NCBI GenBank assembly: GCA_047967505.1
Contig: CM106538.1
Strand: one strand, 5' to 3'
From: Dipteris shenzhenensis
Taxonomy: Eukaryota
Length of the DNA: 64,000 nucleotides
Shown: one piece after another, positions 37,981-49,900 of the stretch
Layout of the letters: each line of letters begins with the position of its first letter
Position numbering within the stretch: the first letter of the stretch is position 1
Position numbers and translations under genes: made by a program
The notes under the pieces: model-generated
Databases searched by the model: none
What the model was told of the DNA's origin: nothing
The model's input: only the letters and a program-made list of their open reading frames with translations

Positions 37981-39486
37981 ATGCCTTCCAAACGAGCTAA
38001 ATTTGCCCACCATAGCCCCGAGGAGACCACTGAGGAGGACGAGGATCCTCATCCTCATCCTCAGCCCGAGCCCCAACCCCAGCAACCCCCGCAGGAGCAG
38101 CAGGACGCCCCCGAGGACGAGGATGAAGAAGAGACCGAAGAGCTTGACCGCAAAAAGCAGCTCGCCACCCTCATGTGCTTCTCCTCCCTCCAGACCCTCC
38201 TCGCCATGGAGCTCTGCCGAGACACCACCCCTCCCCCCGACGAGATCTACTCCGAGGGCACTTCCTTGGTGCCCATTGCCTTCCTCAAGCTCATGCTGCT
38301 CGCCGCTACCAGCCTCATGCAGGACGAAGGCCGGCAGTGCTGGAAGCTGGAACGCCAAGGATCGGAATGGACGCGGATCGAGCGAGGGGTTGGCTCAATT
38401 GATGCTGCCACAAGAGACTGCATCTGGCGCAGGAAGTACAGTATGTCCTATGCTTGCTTCCTTTACGTCGTAGAAGAGCTCCGCCCATTCATTCAATCTG
38501 AGAGCAAGTTCTTTGTCAGGGCACCTCTTGAGGTTGAACGTGCCGTGGCCATGGTTCTCTACAGGCTTGCACATGGTCTCAGTGCTCGCGAGGTTGCAGA
38601 GAAGTACAATGTTGGAGCTTCCACTGTTGGGAAGTACACACTCATCATCGCCTCGGCACTCGCCGAGGCTAATAAGCTTTACGGTCGATACATTACAATC
38701 CCAACAGGTGATCGGATGGCTAGAATCATTTCGCAGTTTGAGCAGCTGACTAATATTTCTAACATGTGTGGCGCCATCGACGGAACCCACATCAAACTAT
38801 ACTTCAAGCCTGCAAAATGGTATACTCCCTCCGCGTATAGGAGTCCATACAAGTTTCACTCCATTCTTCTGCAAGGAGTCTGTGATGCAAACAAGCTGTT
38901 CTGGGATGTCTGCTGTATGGCTCCTGGAGGAGCTCACGATGCCTCACATTTCATGACAAGCAATCTGTATCAGAAAATAAAGGACGGGGTGTGCTTGCAG
39001 CAGCCTGTCATGACATTGGAGGGTAGAGAAGTGTCTCCTTACATGGTTGGGGACAGTGCTTATCCAATTCGGCCTTTCTGCATGAAACCCTTTGACAATG
39101 ATGATGCCCTGAGAAAGGCCTTTGATGAGCAGCTTAGGAAGGGCTTGGCCTGCATCGAGGGTGCATATGCAATCCTCAAAACCAAATGGCGAATCCTCAA
39201 ATGCATGAACGTACATTTGATGCACGCCCCTCAGATTGCAGTGGCTTGTTGCGTGCTGCATAACATCTGCCAACTTTGGGGAGAACCAGAACCTGAGCAG
39301 CGTCAAGTGGAGACGCATCATAATAATCACAGCAAAGGATCTTCTTCCGTCTATGAAGTTGATGAGACTGCAAGAGCGGCTGGGGAGGCAATTAGGGAGG
39401 CCCTTTTCAGAGATTGGGTTAAGAGGAGCCTAGACAACTCTTTTGTACCATTCGACCATGAAAGTATGTTCAGTGGTCAGAGTTAG
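37981..39486 (+). CDS. PIF/Harbinger transposase-derived nuclease-like protein (HARBI1/ALP1-like, DDE_Tnp_4), 501 aa, intronless
   Basis: Uninterrupted ORF (frame open from 37705; likely start MPSKRAKF at 37981). Acidic/PQ-rich N-terminus. Family motifs IWRRKYSMSYACFLYVVEELRP, HTH VAMVLYRLAHGLSAREVAEKYNVGASTV, GAIDGTHI, SILLQGVCD, PGGAHDA, YMVGDSAYP, IEGAYAILKTKWRIL and ACCVLHNIC. Confidence 0.92.
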   Translation: MPSKRAKFAHHSPEETTEEDEDPHPHPQPEPQPQQPPQEQQDAPEDEDEEETEELDRKKQLATLMCFSSLQTLLAMELCRDTTPPPDEIYSEGTSLVPIAFLKLMLLAATSLMQDEGRQCWKLERQGSEWTRIERGVGSIDAATRDCIWRRKYSMSYACFLYVVEELRPFIQSESKFFVRAPLEVERAVAMVLYRLAHGLSAREVAEKYNVGASTVGKYTLIIASALAEANKLYGRYITIPTGDRMARIISQFEQLTNISNMCGAIDGTHIKLYFKPAKWYTPSAYRSPYKFHSILLQGVCDANKLFWDVCCMAPGGAHDASHFMTSNLYQKIKDGVCLQQPVMTLEGREVSPYMVGDSAYPIRPFCMKPFDNDDALRKAFDEQLRKGLACIEGAYAILKTKWRILKCMNVHLMHAPQIAVACCVLHNICQLWGEPEPEQRQVETHHNNHSKGSSSVYEVDETARAAGEAIREALFRDWVKRSLDNSFVPFDHESMFSGQS

Positions 39487-40624
39487 TCCAGAGGTTTCAA
39501 TGGCACTTGTTTTCGGTGTGGGGGTAGGAAAGGTCAATTTTCATTGGACGAAATGTGTCTGGTCTGGATAGTGGAAGATTTTGAAGATGGGTCTGCCTAC
39601 CTGGCTGTTCCTCTGGGTGATGAAAATCTCTTCCCATACGGCAACGTTTATTCGAGTGATCCTTTTTAAGAAAGTGTTGGTAAAGAATTGTATACTTTAG
39701 TTACGGTATACCATTTTAGGGCTATTACAATTTCCTTTTAAAACCTCAGAGAAATTCTCTTGAAAATCTGCCAGTGCCCATGAGCAGTTGTGCTGGTACT
39801 GCTAAACTGACAAGGGGAAAAAAGTTGTAAGAAGCCAGCCTCAAGTTCTTTCTTCGTTCTAAAATAGAGTCGTCCCCTCTTTTTGTCATGTTTTCTTTTT
39901 TGGAACCACAATTTTCTATTACTGTATGTGGCAGTGCTGGTTTAATATCAGTCAGATGCAAATAAGTAATTGTAGTATCCAAATTCAGCCTGCCTCATAG
40001 TATCATCATACGATTTTTTCCTGAGTTTCTTCTCGCTCAATTTAAGATTTATGTGAGATTTGCATGTATGACATTAAATCACAACATCTTTACAGAGCTT
40101 TTTTTATAATCCTGTTAGCTGATTGTAGGTTTTCTATTTGGAAGGAACCTTGACTGTCGAATTTGCATATTAGATGCCGTAGAATTACGCCCCTAAAAGG
40201 ATATTTAAGCACAGGCTGATGACCCCTTGACACAATTAGACACAGTGCTAGGGCCTGAGCTTCACTAGTCTGAGCTCAGCTTTAAAACAAGGTACATGAC
40301 GTTGAATAGGCAGAAGCGGACTGGTCTTCTGATTGAAAGCTCGGCAATAAAGCAGGTGAAACCTTACGTGGCATTGAGTGTAAGGGCTGAAAGCACTGCT
40401 GTTCCAGCCTAGACCAACTTCAAAATGGGTATGAGGTTGAGGTGTTGATTTCCCACACTTCATCATACATAAGCACCTAGTGCTTCTTCCCTGCTTGTGA
40501 GGTATTGATAGCGGTTGAAGAGGAATCTACACGTCTGACCCCTTGGACGAAGGTCACAGCTTTGATTTTGGAACAAGTCATCTATACGAAAAACAAACAG
40601 GTTACTTCACTGGCATTTACAAGC

Positions 40625-40867
40625 TGTAATGTTCCGAAATAGCTTTACGGTATGCGTTTCCACCCTTTACTTCAGTAGCGAGACGTTTAACACACGTTTA
40701 GACCATTTTGATATGCAGTATGGGAGGATGTAGTGAGAAGCGAGTGTAATGTTCCGAAATAGCTTTACGGTAAGCGTTTCCACCCTTTACTTCAGTAGCG
40801 AGACGTTTAACACACGTTTAGACCATTTTGATATGCTGTATGGGAGGATGTAGTGAGAAGCGAGTGT
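40625..40867. repeat. 120-bp tandem duplication
   Basis: Units start at 40625 and 40745 and differ at only 2 positions. Confidence 0.95.
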
Positions 40868-41745
40868 GCAGAGTTTACAAAAAATCAGAGTTTAAGGTTG
40901 GCGCAGGATGCTTCAAAGGAGAACATTTACGTCTTCGAATCGTTTGGTGTGGCACACAATTCTGACTGAATTGATGTGTTTGAGTTCCTGGGGGTCCTAG
41001 AAAAGGCTCTCTTGCCATGATGGAAGGATGTGCCATTGCTGGAGCCTATGGGGAATGAAAAGGCCAGAGTGGCATTCGGCATCAGTATTTTGTTGACATA
41101 AAAAATCGGGCTTGTCCTTTTCCAGTTACTCTAGAAAACTTTAAATTCGGATGGACGGTGCCAGGAGCATGCGAATGTATCTCTGCATGGAACTTGCCAT
41201 GTTGAGACGAGGAAGCTGAAATGTCTTATTTTAGGCGAAGTTGGTGTGTGCATTTATTGTACAGGTCGCACTAGCTGTGGACGATGATGAAAGTGCCAGG
41301 AGCTCATGAATGTATCTCAGCAGAGAACTTGCTATGTTGTATGTGTGCATTTACAGGGTGATGAGTTTGTAAGATAGCAAGTGCAGATGAGAGGCGTTTG
41401 TGTCAGCCCTCAAAACAAGACAAAAATTATGAACTTTTCCTGTAATGTCCCACATTTTAGGCAGTAATTTTTAAAACTGGAAAAGCCAAGCTGTAGCAAG
41501 GTGGCTTGGTGGAATGTATGGTTCATTAGCTATATTCATTCACAATCAAAATAATTGGTAAAATTCTGCAAATTAATGCTAAACTTTGTTTTACGATTGA
41601 TTCAGCTTGTTGGGTTTTGTTCAAAACTATGCAATTACTTTGGTTGTTTATATGTGAGTGGGGACATCAGAGCCCACATATAGGCGTAGGTAATGCTCTT
41701 AAGGAATCCTGTGAAGCATAAATATTATCTCTCTCCCATTCCTAC

Positions 41746-41784
<39 letters not shown>

Positions 41785-43497
41785 ATTTAATTCCTGTTTT
41801 TGGGTCAATTTGTTTCTTGATTTGCTCGTTTATTTTTGCTTAGTCACCTTCTTTCTTTCTTCTTTATTTCTTGTTTTCTTTATCTCGCTCTCTTTTTTTT
41901 GGGGACATATTTTAGCAAGCATCGTGTTTGCCCAAGAGACTCTGCGGGTCTTTAGAAACCTAGATAAGTTGCTTATGCTTGGGCACTGATGACGACATAA
42001 TTGTTGCTTTGCTTGCTTAGTATGTGTTCCTTTTGTTTTTTAAAATTTTCTGGTTACCTCTTTTTTCTTCTCTTTTATATTTTGTGTAGATTTTTGGACT
42101 TTAGAACAATAAAAAATCTTAATTTGTACGATTGGATATATTCTAGTTTGGCAAAGGTGTGTTTTTCTATCACCTTAGCAGACATGCAAATTCTTTAAAT
42201 TTTCGTCCAAGTGGTGATTAGTTGTTCAACTACATCGAATTATCTTACGTGGGTGCAGAAGCCCTAGTAGTTAAAAATTCTCAAGTATTGTTGTTACTAT
42301 TATTTTTAATTTGTTTCATTTTGATTAATCTTATATTTTTATTTTTCATTGTTGCTTATTGTTTTTGTTGCTCTCAAGAGCTTTTTGTGATCCTTTTGTT
42401 TATTTCAACGTTCATTTCTCATTTCTTGTCTTTGGTATTGTTGTTCTCTTCTCTTAATTTTTATTTTATCTTCCTCTTCTCTTTCTCTTTTTTGGTGCTT
42501 TTAGGATGAAAAAGCTCTTACAGCCTTGGGGCCCTAGCTAACCCTACCTGCGACAATCGCTAGTTTGGGGGGTATATTGGCTTAGTGGTACATGCTATGA
42601 TGAATTTGCCCTTTGGAAACCAATAGGGCGATTTCCTAGGTCGTCATTTGACTCTTGTGATGTACCCTTGTAGTAGTAAGGGAGGAGTAACCTTGGGACG
42701 AGTAACGATTGTGCAAGCAAGCCTCCCCCCTTAAATACTAGTCTCACTCCTGCTAGAGTTAGGGGATATAGTAAGGGAGAAACTACCTTGGGATGGGCAA
42801 GGACATTGCAAGCAAGTTCCCCAATGTTGGATCGCCTGACCTCACCGAACAACATCGGAAAGGCTAGTGATGGTCTTGTCTCTTTGGTAGGTGATTTAGT
42901 TGGGTCTAGCTCAGTAAATCAAAACAAAAAAATTAGAAGAAACATACATAGAGAAAGGTTTGATTTGTTAGCTACGTCAAGCATGAATTAATCTTCATGA
43001 TTTTTGGGGGGGTTTGATTTTTTAGTGAGCTTTTTGTCACGAGCTTTTTATGAAAGTTAATAAAATTTGTGAGTTTTTTTGGCATCCCCCTTCTACACAT
43101 ACAAATCCCAGAGATATTTTATTGGTATATTTAATGAAATTTCAATAAACGTTGATGTAATGTTTTTTAAACATAAATCTCAATGCACCATGACCATTAC
43201 TGTCACTCTTAAGTAGTGTATAATGTTTTCAGAAAAAGATATAGATTAGCAACAAAATTCTCATTAAATTAAAATTTTCCATTTAATGAGGGTTGTTACA
43301 CCCTTAATCTAATATGAGCATGATCAAATCATCAACATATATGATATTGAAGGCTATGGATGAGCTCTCTTAATGCAATGATGTATTCAATGGACTTGAT
43401 GCCTCTAATGAAGACCTCAATGTTTCAATGAGATTATTACAAAATGGAATAAATATCTAGTCATCATCAAACAAAAACTTTGGAAGCTCTAATTTCT

Positions 43498-43822
43498 TTG
43501 AAACATATTAAAACTTTTTATATGCATAATTTGGCATTTTTGACATCTCGAATGAGCTCATAAGGCCCCAAAACCCTAAAAACGACTGTAAACATGCGTA
43601 CCTTTCGATGACATTTCAAAACCCCCTTTGGAAAAAAAGTGTACATGCAGAGTAGGCTAGAGTTTACGCTAGTGTAGGAGCCCTACAGGTGCACTTTTTT
43701 GAAAAATCATCAAAAGGTACCAATGCTTACAGTTGTTTCTAGGGTTTTTGGGCCTTATGAGCTCATACTTGGTGTTCAAAATGCCAAATTATGTGTGTGT
43801 CAAAATGTTGGATGTTTTGAAA
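43498..43822. repeat. Imperfect inverted repeat (hairpin)
   Basis: ATAATTTGGCATTTT...ATGAGCTCATAAGGCCC (43526-43568) pairs with GGGCCTTATGAGCTCAT...AAAATGCCAAATTAT (43750-43792); ~60-bp spacer. Confidence 0.8.
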
Positions 43823-44097
43823 GGGATTTAGGCTATAAATATATATTTTTTAAATCTCATATGCGACCCTTAATATCTCGACCATGGTGTATATGGAGAA
43901 ATTGATATATACACATAAAGGTATCTCTAGAATTTATGTAGATAAATTCAATGTATTCATGTAATCCATAGATATGGCTAAATGTGTGAAAGAAGTTTGC
44001 ACACTTTGTAAGAAACCAAAAAAGTTCACGGAAAATTTCCTTCCTTTAATGTAGGATTCTTGGTCTCTTTGGAGTTAGGAGATTTTTGTCCACATCT

Positions 44098-44177
<80 letters not shown>

Positions 44178-44263
44178 TGTGTGTTAAGGGTAGTGTTATT
44201 GGGGATCTAAAAAATGATCGCGACAGAAAGCTCACAAAAAATAATTCCCCATTTTGGGGGAGG

Positions 44264-44380
44264 TAACATTAATTGGTCTAATTTTAAGGCTTTATTAGTT
44301 AGCACTCATTATACAAATAATAACATTAATTGGACTAGCTTTAAGGCTTTATTAGTTAGCACTCATTATACAAATAATAA
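44264..44380. repeat. 57-bp tandem duplication
   Basis: TAACATTAATTGG...ATACAAATAA at 44264 and 44321. Confidence 0.9.
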
Positions 44381-45569
44381 ACTAAGATGTCTTAGAAACA
44401 AGCATCGTAAGACTTCTATTCCTATTAGTCCTATTCATGACACATAAGTAATTTATGGTCTATATAGTAATATCCTTAATGTAGGACAAACCTATCGAAT
44501 GGCTTTTATTCTTTTTCAAAAACATGTTAGGGAAGCTAGAAAGTCAATAGCTTGATTGAGAATTCAAAAACCCTTATATGCAAAATTTGGTTTCGAATCT
44601 TTTCGTTGCTTTCCTATCGAGCATATAGAGGGCCATTTTAATAGTGCCAAGGATTTTTACAAGGTTTCTCGACCTCATGAATTTTTTTGGATGAGAACTT
44701 TACACACTTTCTTCCCAAGAGGTTTTAATTTGGAAGGAAAATCAACTCATTGTAAGAATAAAAGAACCTCTAAAAAAAACCCTATGATGTGGAGAACTCA
44801 TATCAAGCCCTTTAACATTCCTCTTTACCAACATAGTCATATACCTACCCATGTATGGAAACCTAAAGTGATGTTAGGGGATTGTCCTAGCTCTCCTACA
44901 ATCTCACATGTTGATTATGATTTGCGTCCTTCACTTTTACTTAGAATGTCTTTAAAAAGAAGTGAACTCATCTACCAAAACTTACGTCCCTGCCTTAGTT
45001 TCTTAAAACAATTTGATCTCAAAACACCATAATTTTTGCAAATCTCTAGGGTTTGTTTGCAATCCAAGTATCCTTTTTCTTTGTGCTGCTTGAAAGTTTC
45101 ATAAAACTCCAAAAAAGCCAAGATTTGTTGGAGTTGCTTGTGAGACTATGTTGATAGATGTCTCTAGGTGGCTAAGCTACTGCTTCTTCAAAGCCATGTT
45201 GCCTAGTGTCCATGAATTTTGGAGGGACTTATTAAAGGAGGCAGATGTTCCCTCACATTCAAGTTGGATTTTAAATCACTCTGTAGGAGTGATTCCTATT
45301 GTAAAATATTTTATTCCTCTTGAAGAATTTAAGAAAAAGAGTCTCTTATTTTCCTTTAAACCAATGATTTTACTACACTTTATACAAAGATCAAGCTTGA
45401 AGATCCGAAGTTTAGAATCAAAAAGCTAATGGCTAAAGTTTTTAAGGTGAGATATGACAAAGATAAATGCAAAGTGCTAAAAGTTGAGAAAAACATATTT
45501 ATGTTTTCTCTTGGCTATATTTTCTTTTAGATAATCTTTACATCACTCCATATTTTCCGTCTATCTCTA

Positions 45570-46402
45570 TTTTTCGTCCTCCAAATTCTGTCCACCATTT
45601 CCATCACCACCACCAGCACTTTTTCTGTCAAACCCCCCTCCACCACCACTTTTTTCCTCACCCCCCCTTCCATCTCCATCTCCACCTCCCATCATCTTCC
45701 TCCCCACCCCCTCTACTTTCTCCGTCCATCCCCCATCTCCCCCATTCAAGGTAACCATCATTTTCCCCTTCACCATCTCTCTACCTCTCTCTAAACCCAT
45801 CTCCCCTTTCCCCCTCCACCTCCACCCCCCATCTCCTCCAACCCCTCCACCCCCCCATCTCCATCACCCTCCACTCTACCATCTCTCTACCTCTCTCTTC
45901 ACCCCATCTCCCCTTTTCCCCCTCCACCTCCACTTCCCATCTCCTCCACCACCCCCCATCTCCTCCACCCCCCATCTCCATCACCCTCCACTCCACCATC
46001 TCTCTACCTCTCACTATCCCCCACCCCCTCCACTCTACTATCTCTCTACCTCTCTCTATCCCCCACCTCCTCCACCCCCCATCTCCATCACCCTCCACTC
46101 CACTATCTCTCTACCTCTCTCTACACCCCATCTCCCCTTTTTCTCTTCCACCCCCCATGTCCTCCCTCCCCCATCTCCACCTCCACCCCCCATCTCCACC
46201 ATCTCTCTACATCTCTCTACACCCCATCTCACCTTTTCCTCCTCCACCCCCTCCACCTCCACCCCCCCTCCATCACCCCCTCCATTCCCCCCTCCACCCC
46301 CTTCACCCATCCCCTTCACCCCCCTCCACCCCCTCCACCCCCTCCACCCACCCCCTTCACCCCCTCCATTCCCCCCTCCACCCCCCCTCTCTCTCTCTTC
46401 TT

Positions 46403-46443
<41 letters not shown>

Positions 46444-46502
46444 CCCTCTTCTCTCTCTCTCTCTCTCTTCCCCCCTCCTCTCTTTCTCTCTCCTCTTTCC
46501 CC

Positions 46503-46560
<58 letters not shown>

Positions 46561-46640
46561 CCCCCTTCCCCTCTTCTCTCTCTCTCTCTCTCTCTCTTCA
46601 CCCCCTTTCTCTCTCTTTCCACCCCCCCTCTCCTTGCCAG
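45570..46640. repeat. Strand-asymmetric C/T-rich low-complexity/minisatellite tract
   Basis: Almost G-free on the + strand. Recurring CCCCCATCTCC, CCATCACCCTCCACTC and ATCTCTCTACCTCTC modules, then (CT)n. Confidence 0.9.
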
Positions 46641-46912
46641 CCGCTCCTTCCTAATCTATACTATGGGCCTAACACCCTTCTAAGTAAGGCTTATTAGCTA
46701 TCGCGGCGGTGCCCGCCAGCCCGGCCACCAGCCCTAGCCACCCAAGGATTATAGGCCCTCCATTAGCACTCCTCCCCCCGCCGTCCTTTCGCACCCCCCG
46801 CCTCCTGCATCTCCAAAAACCTCTCGCCCCCTCCTGTGTTTTTGAACCCCCCCACTCCATCTTTAGCCACCGCCCGCCAGCCTCCCCCCCCCCCTAAAAA
46901 AAAATGCACATT

Positions 46913-49900
46913 TTAGCGATCCTCATGAAGATGCAATTGACATTGAGGATGGCATGACAGATTCTGATAGTGATAGTGATGGCTATAAATCAAGTCAACG
47001 CGACAGGAAATCTTTGAAGAAGGGAAGCGATTCCAACAAAGATCGCACCACCGAGGACAGAGTGGAAGCCATAGCCCTAAGAGTAAAAGGTGAAACGATG
47101 CAGGCCATCGAGCAAAAGCTGTGTGTCTGTCAGCCACCACAGTACCCACGGAGAGAAAATGTTTGGTGCCCACAGTGTATAGCCAACCATACAGCCAATG
47201 AATGTCCAATCTTAAGGAACAGACTAAACCGACCAGAAGTGGCTCAGCCCCCACACTTATGGTGCCCCATTTGCAATGCTGCAGGGCATGATGTAAATAC
47301 TTGTTTCTACAATACGAGGGTAGCACAATACCAACAGCCACCGCAAATCCCAGTGTATAGACAACCGAGACTGGCACCTAATGCACAAGTGCCACGTCTC
47401 AACCCACTCCCGGTGAGAACACAAGTGCCTCAACTAATGTGAGGAATCCCAATCCTCCGTAATATCCACGGGCTCCCAATCTTGCTCCAGTAGTTCCGGT
47501 GCAACAATTCCAACTTGAAGAGCTGGAACCTCACTATGAGTATGAAACAAAATACCCTATGTACTACATGGATGGTGTCGAAGGACTCATCCTAGTGTAT
47601 GCAAATCAAGTAAGACCCACACATATCGAACACCCATCAAGTGTTTTGGTTGTGGAGAAAACCACCGCATAGCAGAATGCCCACACAAGGGTAACCCCAT
47701 TACATTCCAACCTATGTGTAGGGAATGTGGAGTTGGGCATGCTTGCATGGATTGCCCACTAAGAACAAAGCCTCAACCAACCACGGAAGTAAAACATGAT
47801 GTACCCCTGGGGATGATAAGTGTGGAAGATCACAATGTGGCAACACGAAGTGTGGCATCACAGCTAGTCTTGATCATGACAAGACAACAGAAAGAAGCGG
47901 CATGGTAAAACTCCTTTTCGATCCAAAAGCAAAGAGCCCTCTGGCAAAACAAGCCATGCCAATCCCACAAACACACTGAGACCATGCCTAGAACGTCCAC
48001 GGAAAGTGCCACCCAAGGAGCCAAGGAAGCATACCCCAATGCTGAAACTGAAAAGACATGCTACCAAGCCTTGAAGCAATGGGTTCAACAAGAACAAGAA
48101 AATTTTGAGGCAGACAGGATGGCAGCAGCAGAGATCAGAGCACCATCAAGACCCAGCATTGACACGGTGATTGATCCCAACTATTTCCAACAAGTAATAG
48201 AGAAACATGCAAAACATCCCCAATTGGATGGCACCGCACTAGCAAGCTTGATAAGTTGCCACGTCACAATGCCAATTGGGACCTTACTAAGAAATTGCCC
48301 TACAATGTGGGAGAGTTTCAAGGGATGGATTGAATCTTCACAATACTTCCCCCCACCTGAAGAAGAGGAAAAGGTAATTCAGTAAAATTTGGTGCTCGGG
48401 ATGACATTAAAAATGTAACCATCCCGCTGAAGCATAAAGCCTATGGTCAATACCCGCCAATAGTGGATGGTGGTAAACATTCTGGCAAGAGAGATATATG
48501 AAGAATGGGGCCTACCTTCAATGCAGGGGGCCACATTTAACATCTGCCTAGCTAACCACACGAAAATGAAGCCATTGGGTATCGTTGACAATGTGTCAAC
48601 AAAAATTGCTGGAGTAAGATTCACGCTCCAGTTTACTATCTTGGATCTTCCCAAGGGTGCCATAGCATACCAGATATTGTTGGGAAGACCATGGCTTCGA
48701 GAAGCGTCGGTACTCCATGGCACCAATAGGATCACTATCCAAAATAGAGAAACCACTGTCAAGGTAAATCTGGGAATAGGGGAAATCAGACCCACTATTC
48801 CTAGAAATGTTGAAGACACTTCTTCCACTATAGCCACCAGTCACATCCCCTGTACCTACCAATGCACTAAAGCCCATAGAAGGGGATACACAAAGTGACA
48901 TCAACAATTGGATACATACGGCTACAATAGACAATTGTAAATCAACACATCTAATGTTGCTAGATGTGGATGCCCAAATGATACAACTAGAAGCACCAAT
49001 TTGGGACGATGAATAAGAAGTAGTGGAAATGCTAGTCTTCATGATAGGCATCGAATGGGACAGTGACCCTGAAGAGTCCATAATAGAAGGCTACGGTGCC
49101 GACATAGAGTGGGATATGGAAACAGAAGATGATAATGCAACCTTGGAAGGCCAAGTATTTGACAATGACTTGGCAATACTATAGGCACTCATGGCCATAG
49201 AATACCCCAAGATTGACCCTCTAGCACTTTCTAATAGCAACCGCTCCAGGAAAAAGAAGGAGGGTGTACAGTGCCAAAAGGCCAAGATAGAGCATTTCAA
49301 TGAATTCGAAAGAATGTAGACCAGAGTGGTAGAATTGTACTTGACTAAGCCCACAAAAGCACCTGAGTCTCCAAATTTTAAATGGGATCCTAAAGGGCTT
49401 AAAGGTGTTTGTATGGCCGAAGAACCACTCCTTGGGAGTGCGACTCCTATTGAAAATCCATCACTAGTCTCACAAAGCAAAAAGCTTAGAAAGTTCAAAC
49501 CCAAGTAACATAAAAGAAGAACAAGGGAACACATGTGAATTGGACCAAATATCTTCTAGTGGAGCTAGCAGCCAAGCAAGCACCTCAAAGTGCCATGAAG
49601 GCCTAAGGGAAGTTCTCGATTACTTAAAAAACTACACTAGAGGAGAAGCAACAATAGCAATGCCAGGCCAGTCAGGGAATCAGAGCTCAAAGAAACAGAG
49701 AATATTGAGGATACCCCAGTTTATGAAGGACCAGCCAAGACAAGGAAACTAAATCTTGCCTTGGATGGTGAAGAAGAAAAGCCTGTGTATATCGGTGAAC
49801 AGCTCACTCTAGAAGAAGAAAAAGAATTGAAAGCATTGCTAAGGGAATATAGAGATTGCATGGCTTGGTCCTACAAAGAAATGAAAGGGATTTCCCTAGA

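Noticed and set aside
37948-39433. Overlapping antisense and alternate-frame ORFs within the Harbinger-like gene
   Set aside because: Expected by-products of GC-rich codon usage; no recognisable motifs.
41441-41669. Possible solo LTR or MITE (TGTAATGTCCCAC...GTGGGGACATCA)
   Set aside because: Short imperfect termini, no TSD and no second copy in the window.
35500-42000. An intact autonomous PIF/Harbinger element around the gene
   Set aside because: No matching TIR pair with TAA/TTA TSD and no Myb/SANT ORF found by eye; a computational TIR search would be needed to be certain.
45567-46654. Gly/Glu/Arg-rich and Pro/Leu/Ser-rich ORFs
   Set aside because: Artefacts of a low-complexity tract that lacks stop codons.
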